A DNA stretch of 41,137 bases from UHGV virus genome UHGV-0139000; one strand, given 5' to 3'. This stretch comes from a virus. Shown piece by piece: positions 19,866 through 29,133 of the stretch. A program made the position numbers and the translations under genes. Every line of letters starts with the position of its first letter. Position 1 is the stretch's first letter. Under the pieces are notes generated by a model. That model was not told the DNA's origin. It made no database searches and was given only the letters and a program-made list of their open reading frames with translations.

Positions 19866-21183
19866 TCTCTATGTCCTCGTCGGTAATGGATGCCCCGATG
19901 CCGGTTACGTCAGAATTTTCGCGCAAATCAGTCATAGCGGCTTTCAGTGTCATCAGACCATCACCCAGCGCTGTACTGATTGCGTTGGTGGTATTTAGCG
20001 CCACCGTTGAACGATCGACATCAGACATTTGCCAGAGCGGGTTAAACTCAAACGTGAAATCATCCGGGAGCGGCTTGCCAAGTTCCGAACGATGCATGAT
20101 GTCCAGTATCCGCCGCACCGGAAGACGTAAACGCCTCTCCTGCAACGAGCTTACCCGGTCGTAATAGTTGGCAAGGTCTGCATCGCCGGTAGAAAATCCC
20201 TTCGGGGACTGTCCGAACAACCGCACCAGAGGGATACCAACAGCGCCACTAATCTGTTCTGCAAACTGTGAAAGGATGTCATCCAGACCACTGAAGCTGT
20301 ACTGATGGGTTTCAAACTTATCCCGCGAGTCCATGAGAGTCATGCCTTCATTGCTCTGGAACTGTCGAATCAGGTCAATATTCTTCAGCAACGCTTCATA
20401 CGCAGGACCACCAAATGCGATAAGCTCGCGTAGCTTCTCCACGCTGTAGGTACGCAAATGCGCTTTGTAGACCAGCTGCGCCGTGCCGACAGTAGCGCTG
20501 TCGAACGCAGTAAGACGATCCCAGATACGCTCTACAACCGACATTCCCCATTCGTTCTCGGTCATCTTCTGCTGAAATGGCAACGTGACGCCATCAAAGC
20601 GAATCAGGCGACTGTGATGAATGCGCCAGGCAGGAATTCCCGTTGCTGTGGTCACCACATCGTAAAACTCAGGTTTACCCAGGTCCGGCCCCATATCTTT
20701 AATGCGGCGGGTCAGTACCGGGTCGATCATCCAGCGGTCGAGCGGGAGAATCCCCTTAAACTTGCCCTTACCGATGGTTTCGGGTCGCAGCGGGGTCATT
20801 GGTGCCTGCCCCTCAATCATGATGAAACCCACCGCGCCGCCGTAGAGGCGCGACCATTTCAGCACGTCATTCAGCGCATCCCAGATTTGCAACTCATCCA
20901 GTTGTGATTCGAGAATGCCACGATCTTTTGCATCAATTTCCGAAGTGATGCGAATGCCTTTGCGGGTCATATCATCCGGGATAGCATCGACTGCTTCGCC
21001 GATAATCCAGGATGAACGATAGGACCATTCCACCAGCATGCGGTTACGACTGGTGAAATTAGCCCGGTAGGTGGATGCTGAGTGCTGGTTAGGTGTCTGC
21101 ATCCCTACGCGGGCAATAAAATTCTCATAACCATCAGCTGTGGCCTGCGCAGTTCGCCGCAGGGCTTGTTTGTTTCGTGCCAT
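19717..21183 (-). CDS. portal protein
   Basis: 488 aa directly downstream of (and overlapping) the large terminase; acidic C-terminal tail. Confidence 0.7.
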   Translation of the reverse strand: MARNKQALRRTAQATADGYENFIARVGMQTPNQHSASTYRANFTSRNRMLVEWSYRSSWIIGEAVDAIPDDMTRKGIRITSEIDAKDRGILESQLDELQIWDALNDVLKWSRLYGGAVGFIMIEGQAPMTPLRPETIGKGKFKGILPLDRWMIDPVLTRRIKDMGPDLGKPEFYDVVTTATGIPAWRIHHSRLIRFDGVTLPFQQKMTENEWGMSVVERIWDRLTAFDSATVGTAQLVYKAHLRTYSVEKLRELIAFGGPAYEALLKNIDLIRQFQSNEGMTLMDSRDKFETHQYSFSGLDDILSQFAEQISGAVGIPLVRLFGQSPKGFSTGDADLANYYDRVSSLQERRLRLPVRRILDIMHRSELGKPLPDDFTFEFNPLWQMSDVDRSTVALNTTNAISTALGDGLMTLKAAMTDLRENSDVTGIGASITDEDIENAEDEAPPGIGEPDDEPQEPSGGNPVSNQSTQDSAGGRGHRKWSLRWFK

Positions 21184-22805
21184 CAGACCTGTCTCCCTAG
21201 CAGCTCCCAGATGTTCAGGGCTGAATTCATTGGGGCATAGTTGATCATCACCGAGTCGGCAAGATTTGGCGACCGGGTCCCATCAGGCTGTTTATCAATA
21301 ACGATTTTTCCCACACCATTAATGGAATAGGTCGGCTGCGAAAGCTCGATGATGAGTTTATCTTTGAGTGCCATGCTACTGCTGATTGAGATGATTTCGT
21401 CCGGGTTGTAAGCCATACCTTCAACCACGGCGCGCCAGGTATTCTGAAAAAGTTTACGTAACCGCCACCAGCTTTGGGCTTTGGCGTTAGCGAAGAAGTC
21501 CTTGTTCAGACGTGCGGCTTGCCCGTTGTCCCCGCGAACAGCTTCATCATCCGGATCAAATACCGCGCCACTACCTCGAAACGGTGTGGCGAGTATTGAC
21601 GGTCGACGCGCAGCGTTACGCAGTTCGTTGATAGCGCGTGCATCGCCGCGAACGCCAGCGCCCAGCCCGTCCTCGTCAAAGCGAAACTCTTCGAGGTTAT
21701 CCTGTTCGCAAAAGCCGAAAACCTTCTCGACGGACTGATAAATGTAGCTGCCCACACCAGACCATTCCCGCACATTTTCCAGGAGGAAGCCATGACGGGT
21801 GGAAAAGGCATTTTTGTCCCTGCCTTCGTCGGCGACATCCATCGCGCCAAGTCGTTTGCCTGTTGGCTGGATACCCAGTTTGATATGCGCATCAACGGCA
21901 GCCTGTACCCATTCGGATGGAATCAGGACGCCTTCCGCTGATGCGCTGTAGTTCAGATCAAGTTCCTGTGCCACCACCACCGGATTATCGATTTTCTCGC
22001 ATTCCCTGCGATACCACTCTTCATCCTTGCGAGGATCATCCCGCCAGTGGAATGTGAATACCGGTATCTTCCCGCCATGACGCTTCTGAGCGAACGGGTT
22101 AGCCATGCCGTTAACTGAACTCAGGTCAATACGGCAACGCGTCGTTTGTGACAACGCCGCATCAATCAGCAGAGGACGCTGAAGGAATGCAGCCTCATCA
22201 ACCAGATAAAGCGTGGTACGGTCACCACGACCAATATTATCGCCAGCCTCGCCTTTGATAACGGCACCAGTTTCAGGAAACTCAACACGCATATATGGCG
22301 CGTGCTTCTTCTCGCTCCACGAACCGCGAAACTCTACAGGTAGTGTTTCCACGAACTTGCGCGCCTTCCAGAACAATGCTTTCGGGTCACCGGTGCTGTC
22401 GACGTATTCCTCTTTACGGGAGCCGAAACCGATAACCATTTCTTTGTTGAAGAGACAAAGCGAGCAGGCCAGTCCGATCGCGGTCCAACTGAGCCCCATT
22501 TCACGGGATTTTTCGGTAATACCATTCTCCCGATTGCCCCAGCGTTCCATAATCCAGTGGATCCACTCCTCCTGTTTAGGGAAGAGTAAAAACGGAATGG
22601 TCACCGGCAGGCCATAATCAATATTACGCGGGTCTGTTGTCATGCCCCAGTCGATGATGAACTGAGCCGGGTTGGTACGGTAAAACTGCTTCAATACGGG
22701 CAATATTTCAGGATTCTGGCGAATGCGCTGTAGGCGTTCCATCCGCCATTCAAAAACCATCTGGTAATCAGGATGTTTAAAATCGAAGGGAAATGGTAAC
22801 GGCAT
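21183..22805 (-). CDS. terminase large subunit
   Basis: 540 aa at the head of the structural operon, directly upstream of portal; size and position typical. Confidence 0.8.
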   Translation of the reverse strand: MPLPFPFDFKHPDYQMVFEWRMERLQRIRQNPEILPVLKQFYRTNPAQFIIDWGMTTDPRNIDYGLPVTIPFLLFPKQEEWIHWIMERWGNRENGITEKSREMGLSWTAIGLACSLCLFNKEMVIGFGSRKEEYVDSTGDPKALFWKARKFVETLPVEFRGSWSEKKHAPYMRVEFPETGAVIKGEAGDNIGRGDRTTLYLVDEAAFLQRPLLIDAALSQTTRCRIDLSSVNGMANPFAQKRHGGKIPVFTFHWRDDPRKDEEWYRRECEKIDNPVVVAQELDLNYSASAEGVLIPSEWVQAAVDAHIKLGIQPTGKRLGAMDVADEGRDKNAFSTRHGFLLENVREWSGVGSYIYQSVEKVFGFCEQDNLEEFRFDEDGLGAGVRGDARAINELRNAARRPSILATPFRGSGAVFDPDDEAVRGDNGQAARLNKDFFANAKAQSWWRLRKLFQNTWRAVVEGMAYNPDEIISISSSMALKDKLIIELSQPTYSINGVGKIVIDKQPDGTRSPNLADSVMINYAPMNSALNIWELLGRQV

Positions 22806-22877
22806 ACCTAGCCCTAACTGTTGAAGTTATTATAAACTGGAAGCATATTACTTATGTTTATTTGAAAAGGAGATTTT

Positions 22878-23084
22878 ATGACGCCCGCAGTTAGTACCCG
22901 ATTATTAGAACTGACTCGTGATTTAAATAACGATATTAGAATCGCTGCTATCTATGCTTTAGGAGAAGGAGGTAATGCTACGCTATCAGCCGTTAACCGT
23001 CTTCTTGAGTTAACTCGTGATTCAAATAACGACATTAGAATTGCAGCAACCAAAGCTCTCGGACGTATTTTTCGGAGCAAATAA
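22878..23084 (+). CDS. HEAT-like repeat mini-protein (68 aa, two tandem repeats)
   Basis: Strong RBS (aaaggag, 6 nt before ATG). Protein has two tandem copies of RLLELTRD(L/S)NNDIRIAA...ALG; the DNA copies differ at synonymous positions. Antisense between terS and terL. Confidence 0.6.
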   Translation: MTPAVSTRLLELTRDLNNDIRIAAIYALGEGGNATLSAVNRLLELTRDSNNDIRIAATKALGRIFRSK

Positions 23085-23117
23085 GTAAAAATGCCGCTCT
23101 CTCCACGAGCGGCATAC

Positions 23118-23690
23118 TTAGCCCATCATTTTTCTATACGCCTCTGCAGCCTGCTCCGGCGTTAAGTTGGTAATTTCTGTTCTGACTGGTCCTCCATCAG
23201 CGCCAGTCACTTCATTTTTGACGTTGTCTTTAAACGCCTGAACAGAAACATGACGCCCAAGCAACTCAAGGTTTTTAACCTTATCAGGCCACTTAATCTT
23301 TTTAAGGATCCCGACCATTTCTCTGTCATCTCCTCGCCCCTCAAACATTTCAGCGAGGTTAAATCCACTCAGGTACCGACGCCACGATTCCGGCCACGCA
23401 GACAGAGGCTTAATACTTAAATCGTCCTCCAGGATGTCAGCCACATCGAGCCTGTCGATCTCAACCAGTCGCATCAGCACATAATTCGCATCAATGCCCA
23501 GTTGATCAATACGCTCCTGCTTTAGCTCGTTAATGCGGGCGCGTATCTCAGGTTTACCATATAGTTCAGCCCCCGTAACATGTGCTCGCCTGGAGGCATA
23601 GCCTGCGCGAATAGCTGCTTGTGTAGCATTCAGATCGACAAGAAACTCGCGACAAAACACCTCGTGTTTTGCTTTCAGCTTCTTAGTCAT
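23118..23690 (-). CDS. terminase small subunit
   Basis: 190 aa with N-terminal HTH-like [25 protein letters not shown]; upstream of terL. Confidence 0.7.
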   Translation of the reverse strand: MTKKLKAKHEVFCREFLVDLNATQAAIRAGYASRRAHVTGAELYGKPEIRARINELKQERIDQLGIDANYVLMRLVEIDRLDVADILEDDLSIKPLSAWPESWRRYLSGFNLAEMFEGRGDDREMVGILKKIKWPDKVKNLELLGRHVSVQAFKDNVKNEVTGADGGPVRTEITNLTPEQAAEAYRKMMG

Positions 23691-23751
23691 TTTATTTTCC
23701 AGTTATCAGGTCATTATCGAAGCCCCTCCTGGAAGAGCTTCTGTAATGCTA

Positions 23752-24276
23752 TTACCGGGACTGTTCTATTTGTCGGACACCAGCCAACTGGTTATTCGCC
23801 TTCTCGATGGCTGCCAACAGTGGGTTAATCCACAGAACAGCCTGGCAATATGTCAACGTTCTGGTGGTAGTGGCACGATCACTGGCTGAGTCAATGTCCC
23901 CGGAATCGGCGTGCAATGCGCTGGCGCGTAAACGGTTCGCGTAGTTGAGCAACCCGACAGCAATATCAGCAGGAACAGGGAAATCACAGTTCTTTTCACG
24001 GAGCAGAACCTCACGGTATTTGATGACTGTCTTCTCGTGACCGATGTCGACCAGAGAATTTAATCGGCTTGCGTTTTCTGCTATCTGGTTAAAACGATTG
24101 AAGTTTAATGCCTGATTAGCTATCACTTTCCCTTGATATTCAGCTTCACCTTCCGCTTTATCAGCCCGCAACTTTTCTGCCTGATACTTGCTGTGGTAAT
24201 GGTTTGCAGACCAGACGAGCGCCCCAAAGGCAGAGAAGAAAAATGCCGCGATGACAATCTTATAAGTCAGCTTCAT
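23752..24276 (-). CDS. Rz-like i-spanin
   Basis: N-terminal transmembrane helix then a charged coiled-coil-like region; last gene of the lysis cassette; contains an embedded lipoprotein ORF. Confidence 0.7.
   Translation of the reverse strand: MKLTYKIVIAAFFFSAFGALVWSANHYHSKYQAEKLRADKAEGEAEYQGKVIANQALNFNRFNQIAENASRLNSLVDIGHEKTVIKYREVLLREKNCDFPVPADIAVGLLNYANRLRASALHADSGDIDSASDRATTTRTLTYCQAVLWINPLLAAIEKANNQLAGVRQIEQSR
23853..23999 (-). CDS. Rz1-like o-spanin lipoprotein embedded in the +1 frame of Rz
   Basis: GTG start with GAGG 9 nt upstream; translates VKRTVISLFLLILLSGCSTTRTVYAPAHCTPIPGTLTQPVIVPLPPER: lipobox LLSGC, Pro-rich, 48 aa; wholly inside Rz. Confidence 0.65.
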   Translation of the reverse strand: MKRTVISLFLLILLSGCSTTRTVYAPAHCTPIPGTLTQPVIVPLPPER

Positions 24277-24736
24277 TTACCACCCCACCAGCATCTTTAA
24301 ACCTGGAAATCAGGTCACCGATTTTATGTTCATACTGACCGTAACCTGCGCCAGGTAACGACGCCCAGATATTGCTGCAACGGTCGATTGCCTGACGAAT
24401 ATCGCCACGGTCAATCATCGGTAAAGCGCCACGCTCTTTAATCTGCTGCAGCGCCACAGCGTCCTGACTTTCTGGCGAAAAATCTTTCAGGCCAAGCTGC
24501 TTGCGGTAGGCATCCCACCAGCGTGAAAGAAGCTGATACCGGCCTGCAGCTGTTGATTTAAGCTTCGAGTTTAGCGTGACAAGTTTGCGAGGGTGATCGG
24601 AGTAATCAGTGAACAACTCACCTCCGACGATAACGTCATAACCGTGATTACGTGTCGGTTGTCGCCCATTATCCGTTCCTTCTGACCATGCCACCATATC
24701 CAGGAAAGCTTTACGTTGGGAATTTAGTGTCTGCAT
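24260..24736 (-). CDS. R: endolysin, lambda R-like lytic transglycosylase
   Basis: QRKAFLDMVAWSEGTDNGRQPTRNHGYDVIVGGELFTDYSDHPRKLVTL...GRYQLLSRWWDAYRKQLGL is very close to lambda gpR as I recall it. Confidence 0.8.
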   Translation of the reverse strand: MQTLNSQRKAFLDMVAWSEGTDNGRQPTRNHGYDVIVGGELFTDYSDHPRKLVTLNSKLKSTAAGRYQLLSRWWDAYRKQLGLKDFSPESQDAVALQQIKERGALPMIDRGDIRQAIDRCSNIWASLPGAGYGQYEHKIGDLISRFKDAGGVVNEADL

Positions 24737-24739
24737 GAA

Positions 24740-25099
24740 TTACTCCTTAGAGCCACCAAACTTGTTACCGATTACTCGCATTGCAGCCCCACGAATAGCA
24801 TCGACACCGATCAGCCCAACACCACCACCAATGGCAACAGAAAGCGATTTAGGCCATCCAACATACTCAAGAGCGGATGCAAAGGTCAGCGTCAGAGCAC
24901 CACAGAGCAAAATCTCAAGCGTTTTTCGTTTCCAGCCGCCGCCACCGCCAAAATAGGCAATGCGCAAGCCAGCCATAACAATTGACATAACCACTGCGCC
25001 CAACGGCGTATCTCCACGCCACCAACTTTGTAAGAGTTCCAGTAAGTCAGGCCAGGAATGAGGAGCATTGTGCATTTTCATACTTCCCACCTCCGCCAT
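24740..25099 (-). CDS. holin (putative)
   Basis: 119 aa with hydrophobic helices and Gly-rich stretches, directly upstream of the endolysin; possible dual-start N-terminus (M...MKM). Confidence 0.55.
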   Translation of the reverse strand: MAEVGSMKMHNAPHSWPDLLELLQSWWRGDTPLGAVVMSIVMAGLRIAYFGGGGGWKRKTLEILLCGALTLTFASALEYVGWPKSLSVAIGGGVGLIGVDAIRGAAMRVIGNKFGGSKE

Positions 25100-25182
25100 T
25101 ACGGGGTGTTGTTGAAAGGCGGGCCCTGCGTATACGCCCGTAGGATTGGGTTATGAGCCGTCCTTCGGTGGGCCCTGAATAC

Positions 25183-25205
25183 AAAAAAAGTTCGCCATAG
25201 CGAAC
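25183..25205 (-). terminator. rho-independent terminator in the late leader (tR'-like)
   Basis: Minus-strand hairpin gttcgc-tatg-gcgaac (25190..25205) followed by seven T (plus-strand A run 25183..25189); about 85 nt upstream of the holin start. Confidence 0.55.
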
Positions 25206-25435
25206 CTTGTTAAATTTGTTAAAAAAGGAAGTTATTTAACATAATGTACGTTATAGGAACCACACGATCCCCGCTCGCAATAGATTTGCGATGAAAGGCC
25301 TATTTAATCAACTTAAGTGGTCCAGAATGACGAAATTCGAGTGAATAAAAGGTGCATAAAAAAGGGCAAAAACTGCATAGCGTTTTTTCGCGACGAAAAC
25401 CCTGTTTTATTAACTTTTACTGAGAATAGAGCATT

Positions 25436-25459
25436 AAAAAAGGCCCCCTTGCGGGAGCC
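25436..25459 (-). terminator. rho-independent terminator downstream of the Q-region genes
   Basis: Minus-strand hairpin ggctccc-gcaa-gggggcc (one mismatch) followed by six T (25436..25441). Confidence 0.45.
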
Positions 25460-25526
25460 TCTTCGTGATGAACTGTTTTCAACAGATATCAGGCTAATCG
25501 GCTTTTTGGAATTCCACAACTATTTT

Positions 25527-25868
25527 TTATCTTACCTTGATGCCTGATGCCGTCAGATGTTTACGACAGTCCTGAATACCTTCGTTATAACCCGCATCGT
25601 AGAAGCTATCCGGCTTTGCCTTCAGCGCAGGAAGCGTAACGCTGGTAGCTCTTCGTTCGGCCAGAACACCTGCCTGAAAGAGTGTCCACATCAACTGAAC
25701 TGCTGAATCACAGTAAGTAACATCTTCACTGTACAATTCTCGTTCAATCCTGATGCCAAGTTGAGCCTTCATTGATGCGCCAATATTACCTTTGGCCTGC
25801 AACGACAGGTCTGGGTACCTCTGTTCCATGAAGCTTTCAAATCTGTTGCGAACGCTGATCAGAGCCAT
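25527..25868 (-). CDS. hypothetical protein (113 aa) downstream of Q
   Basis: ORF with phage-like codon usage; no motif recognised. Confidence 0.45.
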   Translation of the reverse strand: MALISVRNRFESFMEQRYPDLSLQAKGNIGASMKAQLGIRIERELYSEDVTYCDSAVQLMWTLFQAGVLAERRATSVTLPALKAKPDSFYDAGYNEGIQDCRKHLTASGIKVR

Positions 25869-25899
25869 CTGGTTCCCTTACGTGATTGATTGCTGGATA

Positions 25900-26322
25900 T
25901 TATGCCGCCGAGCAGCTCCTACGCAAAGTCCTGATAGCCTGAGGCTTTGACTGAACCGACTGATCCATTTCGAGCACCACATCCAGCATGGCTAAGCAAC
26001 CGTCAATAAATCCCTCTGCCGCCTGAAGCCTCTTCAGAACGTGGGTGTGAGATACGCCGAGCTTCTCACCCATCGCCCTCACGGGCATGGCCTGGACGTA
26101 ATGCCACTCAAGGAGCGTGCACAGATACGGATCTTTTTTCTTCAGGCAGCTCATAGCGGAGTTGATGATAAGACCGTCATTGTCACTGCATTTCAGCCTT
26201 CCAGACTGCGTCGCGGGTAGCAGATTCTTAAACCCGGCTGCAACAGGAGGAAAGTAGACGCTACCACCTTCACTCGCTGCCCAGCCACCCCAGCGCTCTA
26301 AAACCTGTTGAATATTACGCAT
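25900..26322 (-). CDS. late-gene antitermination protein Q-like
   Basis: 140 aa, N-terminus MRNIQQVLERWGGWAA resembles enterobacterial prophage Q-type antiterminators as I recall them; sits upstream of late leader, terminators and lysis genes. Confidence 0.55.
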   Translation of the reverse strand: MRNIQQVLERWGGWAASEGGSVYFPPVAAGFKNLLPATQSGRLKCSDNDGLIINSAMSCLKKKDPYLCTLLEWHYVQAMPVRAMGEKLGVSHTHVLKRLQAAEGFIDGCLAMLDVVLEMDQSVQSKPQAIRTLRRSCSAA

Positions 26323-26449
26323 AGCTCTGACCTCTACGTTTTGCTACGAAAAAATTTTCTGAGAACTACGTCTGTATATCCGTGGGTGTGGATAACGCAG
26401 TTCCGATTCGCATATTGCATGTATCAACATGCAAAAAGTTGCTAATGCG

Positions 26450-26645
26450 GAGTGGAACCACCTGCCCCCACCTGGAACCACCTTTTCCTAACCTTTCCCT
26501 CAATCGACTTATATATATATATGGGGTTTCTAGTAGAAAGGCGGTTCCAGTGGTTCCAGTGGTTCCGCCCCGCTTGCCACAAGGTCTGCAAGGTGGAACC
26601 TCCTTCTCTTTTAGGTGGTTCCGCGTGGTTCCAGCGGTTCCCAAA
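26450..26645. repeat. iteron-type replication origin
   Basis: Nine copies of GGTTCC/GGAACC (26454, 26474, 26543, 26552, 26561, 26595, 26617, 26627, 26636), several as GTGGTTCCA in both orientations, flanking (TA)n at 26509..26522; overlaps the 3' end of the primase gene. Confidence 0.7.
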
Positions 26646-28797
26646 CCTTGCATTTTTTCCCCCCAATTCGCCTTTGGGCACGCTTATACCCGCAATTTTG
26701 CAAAACATTACTAATTCGCATTTCTTCGCGTTTTCCGATGCGGTCAGGATTTAGCCCAATCGCATCACGCAAAACATCACTTGCGCGTAAAAATTCGCAA
26801 TTTCGCGGAAGTTCATTAGCCATCAGGTCTGGCGTGTCGAGCCATTTCTCTACCGTTTCAAGCCAAGCATCCTTGATGGTGTACTGTTCATGGACACTCG
26901 CTGCCAGTTGTTCAGCCTCACGGAACTGGATACCCCCCAGACGCTGAAACACCTCACGAGCCTCAGCCCAAAGTAAAAGGAGATCTCTTTTTATCGCTTT
27001 CACGTCGACTTTCGACACTTCCACGGGGAGCCAGCGACGGTTACCAGTCTTGTCCGCAAGGAATTCGTCCTCATTGGTGGTACCAACGAACACCAGGCGA
27101 CGAGGAAACTGGGTGGCGAACTCCCGGTATTTCGGGATCCAGTTTTCGTGAGTACGCGTCACAAACGCTTTGATTGACTCCAGCTCTTTGGTATTAAGTC
27201 CGCGCAGTTCACCAATCTCTGCCACCAGCCGACCACGCATTTTTCGAGCGAGATCATCGTCTTTTTCGGCAAAAGAGATTTCAGTAAAAAACGCAGGATC
27301 AGGGCTCAGTGCCTCCACTCCGGAAGACTTACCGCAGCCCTGCGGACCAACGAGGATCGGCACCATATCCGCTTTGATGCCTGGCTCCAGTACTCGCCCC
27401 GCCAACGCGGTCCACATGTACATAGACACCGCACGGGTATAAGGCGTGTCGGCTGTACCGAAGTGCGTATGGTAGAAACATTCGATGCGCGGCACGCCAT
27501 CCCACTCCAGCCCGTTCAGCCAGGTGATCGCTGAATCGAATGGTTGTTCATCGGCTGCAAGTAACACCACATCGCGAATAAGTTCACGACCAACAGGTTT
27601 AAATCCCCGCTTTTCCATCGTGATGCGCAGGCGCGCATAATCCGCATCGGTGAATGCTCGCCATTGTCCGGATCCTGCAGGGGCAAACATGATTTCGTCG
27701 CGGAACTGGTCAAAGCGAATATCGATGTCCACAAAATCAGGGCGTACTACTGCTTTGGCTGCGTTGCTGATGGTTGCCTCGATACGCCCCCATTTATCAC
27801 GCTCGAAAGCAGGCAGCGGTAAAGGTTCCGCCACTTCGGTGCTGGTCAGATCTTCGAAATCGTCGTTGCGGATCCCGATGGCATTAAGGAAATCTCCGTC
27901 ATCACGATGCGCACAACTGGCATGCAGGCATTTAAAATGCCCCTGCTCAAAGCCCGCGGTTCCCGCAGGAAAATAAGCTGTGCTTGTTGGATCGCCCCCG
28001 CTACTGTGGCCGTCTTCAAACGGACAGCGGATATATCGTTCACCATTTGCGCCATCCAGCAGCGTCCAGCCATTGGCATCAAGATATTCAGCTGTATCAT
28101 CCGTCGCGCCGGGCGTGAATGCTGATCGGTCGCGCATCTTCGTGTTGCCCGCTTCGGTGGTTACCGACACAGGGAGTTGTTCAGCCAGGCGCTGCCACAG
28201 CGTTTCAAGCTGCTCACCAGTAATAGCCGGAGGTTCATCCGGCAAACCACCGTCCCATTCAATACGCGCGCCGCTGCTGTGCGTACCACAGGCAACGAAC
28301 TGCTGCCCGTTCGCCAGCAACTCGATAATGCCCATATCCCCCGCCAGGCGATGGATACGCTTACGGAAATCACCATCAACGGCCAGCAGATACAGACACT
28401 TATTACTGTTTGCTCGCCAGCGTCGCGGCGGCAACTCCCCCAGAAGTTGCACAAGCGTTTTGCGAATATCTGCCTGAATGTCTTCATCTTCGCTATCGCA
28501 GTCCAGCGCCAGCCAGCCATGGCCTGTACGCACGCAGATGCCATAATCCGGTTCATTCGACCAGCGGGCAAAATCATGCTCAGTAACAACATACCCGGTC
28601 CATTGAGCAATACCGGTGACCTGGCGGTCCCGGTTATAGCGACTTGGCGTCTTACCCAGCGCTTTCAGTTTACTATCAGGGGATATGGTCGCACCGGGGT
28701 TACATACAACTGGGAGAAGATGCTCAGTTCTCCCCAATACCAGGTCGAAATGAAACCACTCATCAGGCGTAGCTCCCCATGGTTTGCTATCGGACAT
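26611..28797 (-). CDS. replicative primase-helicase (P4 alpha-like)
   Basis: 728 aa; Walker A VGPQGCGKSSG in the C-terminal half; N-terminal region primase-like; origin iterons at its 3' end; start 3 nt after the cro stop. Confidence 0.75.
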   Translation of the reverse strand: MSDSKPWGATPDEWFHFDLVLGRTEHLLPVVCNPGATISPDSKLKALGKTPSRYNRDRQVTGIAQWTGYVVTEHDFARWSNEPDYGICVRTGHGWLALDCDSEDEDIQADIRKTLVQLLGELPPRRWRANSNKCLYLLAVDGDFRKRIHRLAGDMGIIELLANGQQFVACGTHSSGARIEWDGGLPDEPPAITGEQLETLWQRLAEQLPVSVTTEAGNTKMRDRSAFTPGATDDTAEYLDANGWTLLDGANGERYIRCPFEDGHSSGGDPTSTAYFPAGTAGFEQGHFKCLHASCAHRDDGDFLNAIGIRNDDFEDLTSTEVAEPLPLPAFERDKWGRIEATISNAAKAVVRPDFVDIDIRFDQFRDEIMFAPAGSGQWRAFTDADYARLRITMEKRGFKPVGRELIRDVVLLAADEQPFDSAITWLNGLEWDGVPRIECFYHTHFGTADTPYTRAVSMYMWTALAGRVLEPGIKADMVPILVGPQGCGKSSGVEALSPDPAFFTEISFAEKDDDLARKMRGRLVAEIGELRGLNTKELESIKAFVTRTHENWIPKYREFATQFPRRLVFVGTTNEDEFLADKTGNRRWLPVEVSKVDVKAIKRDLLLLWAEAREVFQRLGGIQFREAEQLAASVHEQYTIKDAWLETVEKWLDTPDLMANELPRNCEFLRASDVLRDAIGLNPDRIGKREEMRISNVLQNCGYKRAQRRIGGKKCKVWEPLEPRGTT

Positions 28798-28800
28798 GGG

Positions 28801-29013
28801 TTAAGCCTTTTTATCGTTTTGTGAGCCATACAACAGCCAATTAGGGTCGCAATCCAATGCTATAGACATTTCAAGAAGATAACGTGGCCGAGCAATAACA
28901 CCACTTTCAATTCTGTTTATTGCCTGCTGGCTCACTCCTGTGAGCTCAGCCAACGTAACTTGCGTCATTTTGAGTTCTTTACGTCGTTCTTTTACTCGGG
29001 TCGCTAAGGTCAT
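28801..29013 (-). CDS. Cro-like HTH repressor
   Basis: 70 aa from the ATG at 29013 (GAGG 8 nt upstream); HTH MTQVTLAELTGVSQQAINRIESG; divergent from cI. Confidence 0.75.
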   Translation of the reverse strand: MTLATRVKERRKELKMTQVTLAELTGVSQQAINRIESGVIARPRYLLEMSIALDCDPNWLLYGSQNDKKA

Positions 29014-29133
29014 TGCTTTCACCTCATACAATTTTAGTGGTATTTAGCAACAACAAACGAGGTTTGTCAAATACAACAAAAATTGTTTTTAATGTGGGTA
29101 TACACATTAATACAACCCAGAAGGACTAATCCC
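29014..29133. promoter_or_regulatory. divergent cro/cI promoter-operator region
   Basis: Contains the operator-like dyad atacaa-N6-ttgttt (29071..29088), palindrome caaac-gag-gtttg (29054..29066) and an extra atacaa half-site (29110..29115). Confidence 0.55.

Noticed and set aside
25121-25178. Direct repeat of gggccctg 49 bp apart (25121..25128 and 25170..25177) near the holin start
   Set aside because: Only 8 bp and internally palindromic (gggccc); too short to distinguish from chance, and it does not form a convincing hairpin with a T tract.
25317-25547. 76-aa plus-strand ORF in the late leader
   Set aside because: It lies in the regulatory interval that carries the terminators, runs against local transcription, has no convincing RBS and overlaps the end of the 113-aa gene; more likely non-coding.
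26366-26754. Four overlapping ORFs (26366..26653, 26382..26714, 26442..26708, 26452..26754) and a dense short-repeat pattern that could be mistaken for genes or a CRISPR array
   Set aside because: The repeats are 6-9 bp iterons (GGTTCC/GGAACC) in both orientations around a (TA)n tract, not 28-37-bp direct repeats with unique spacers. The ORFs are Gly/Trp/Pro-rich translations of the repeats and overlap each other and the primase 3' end.
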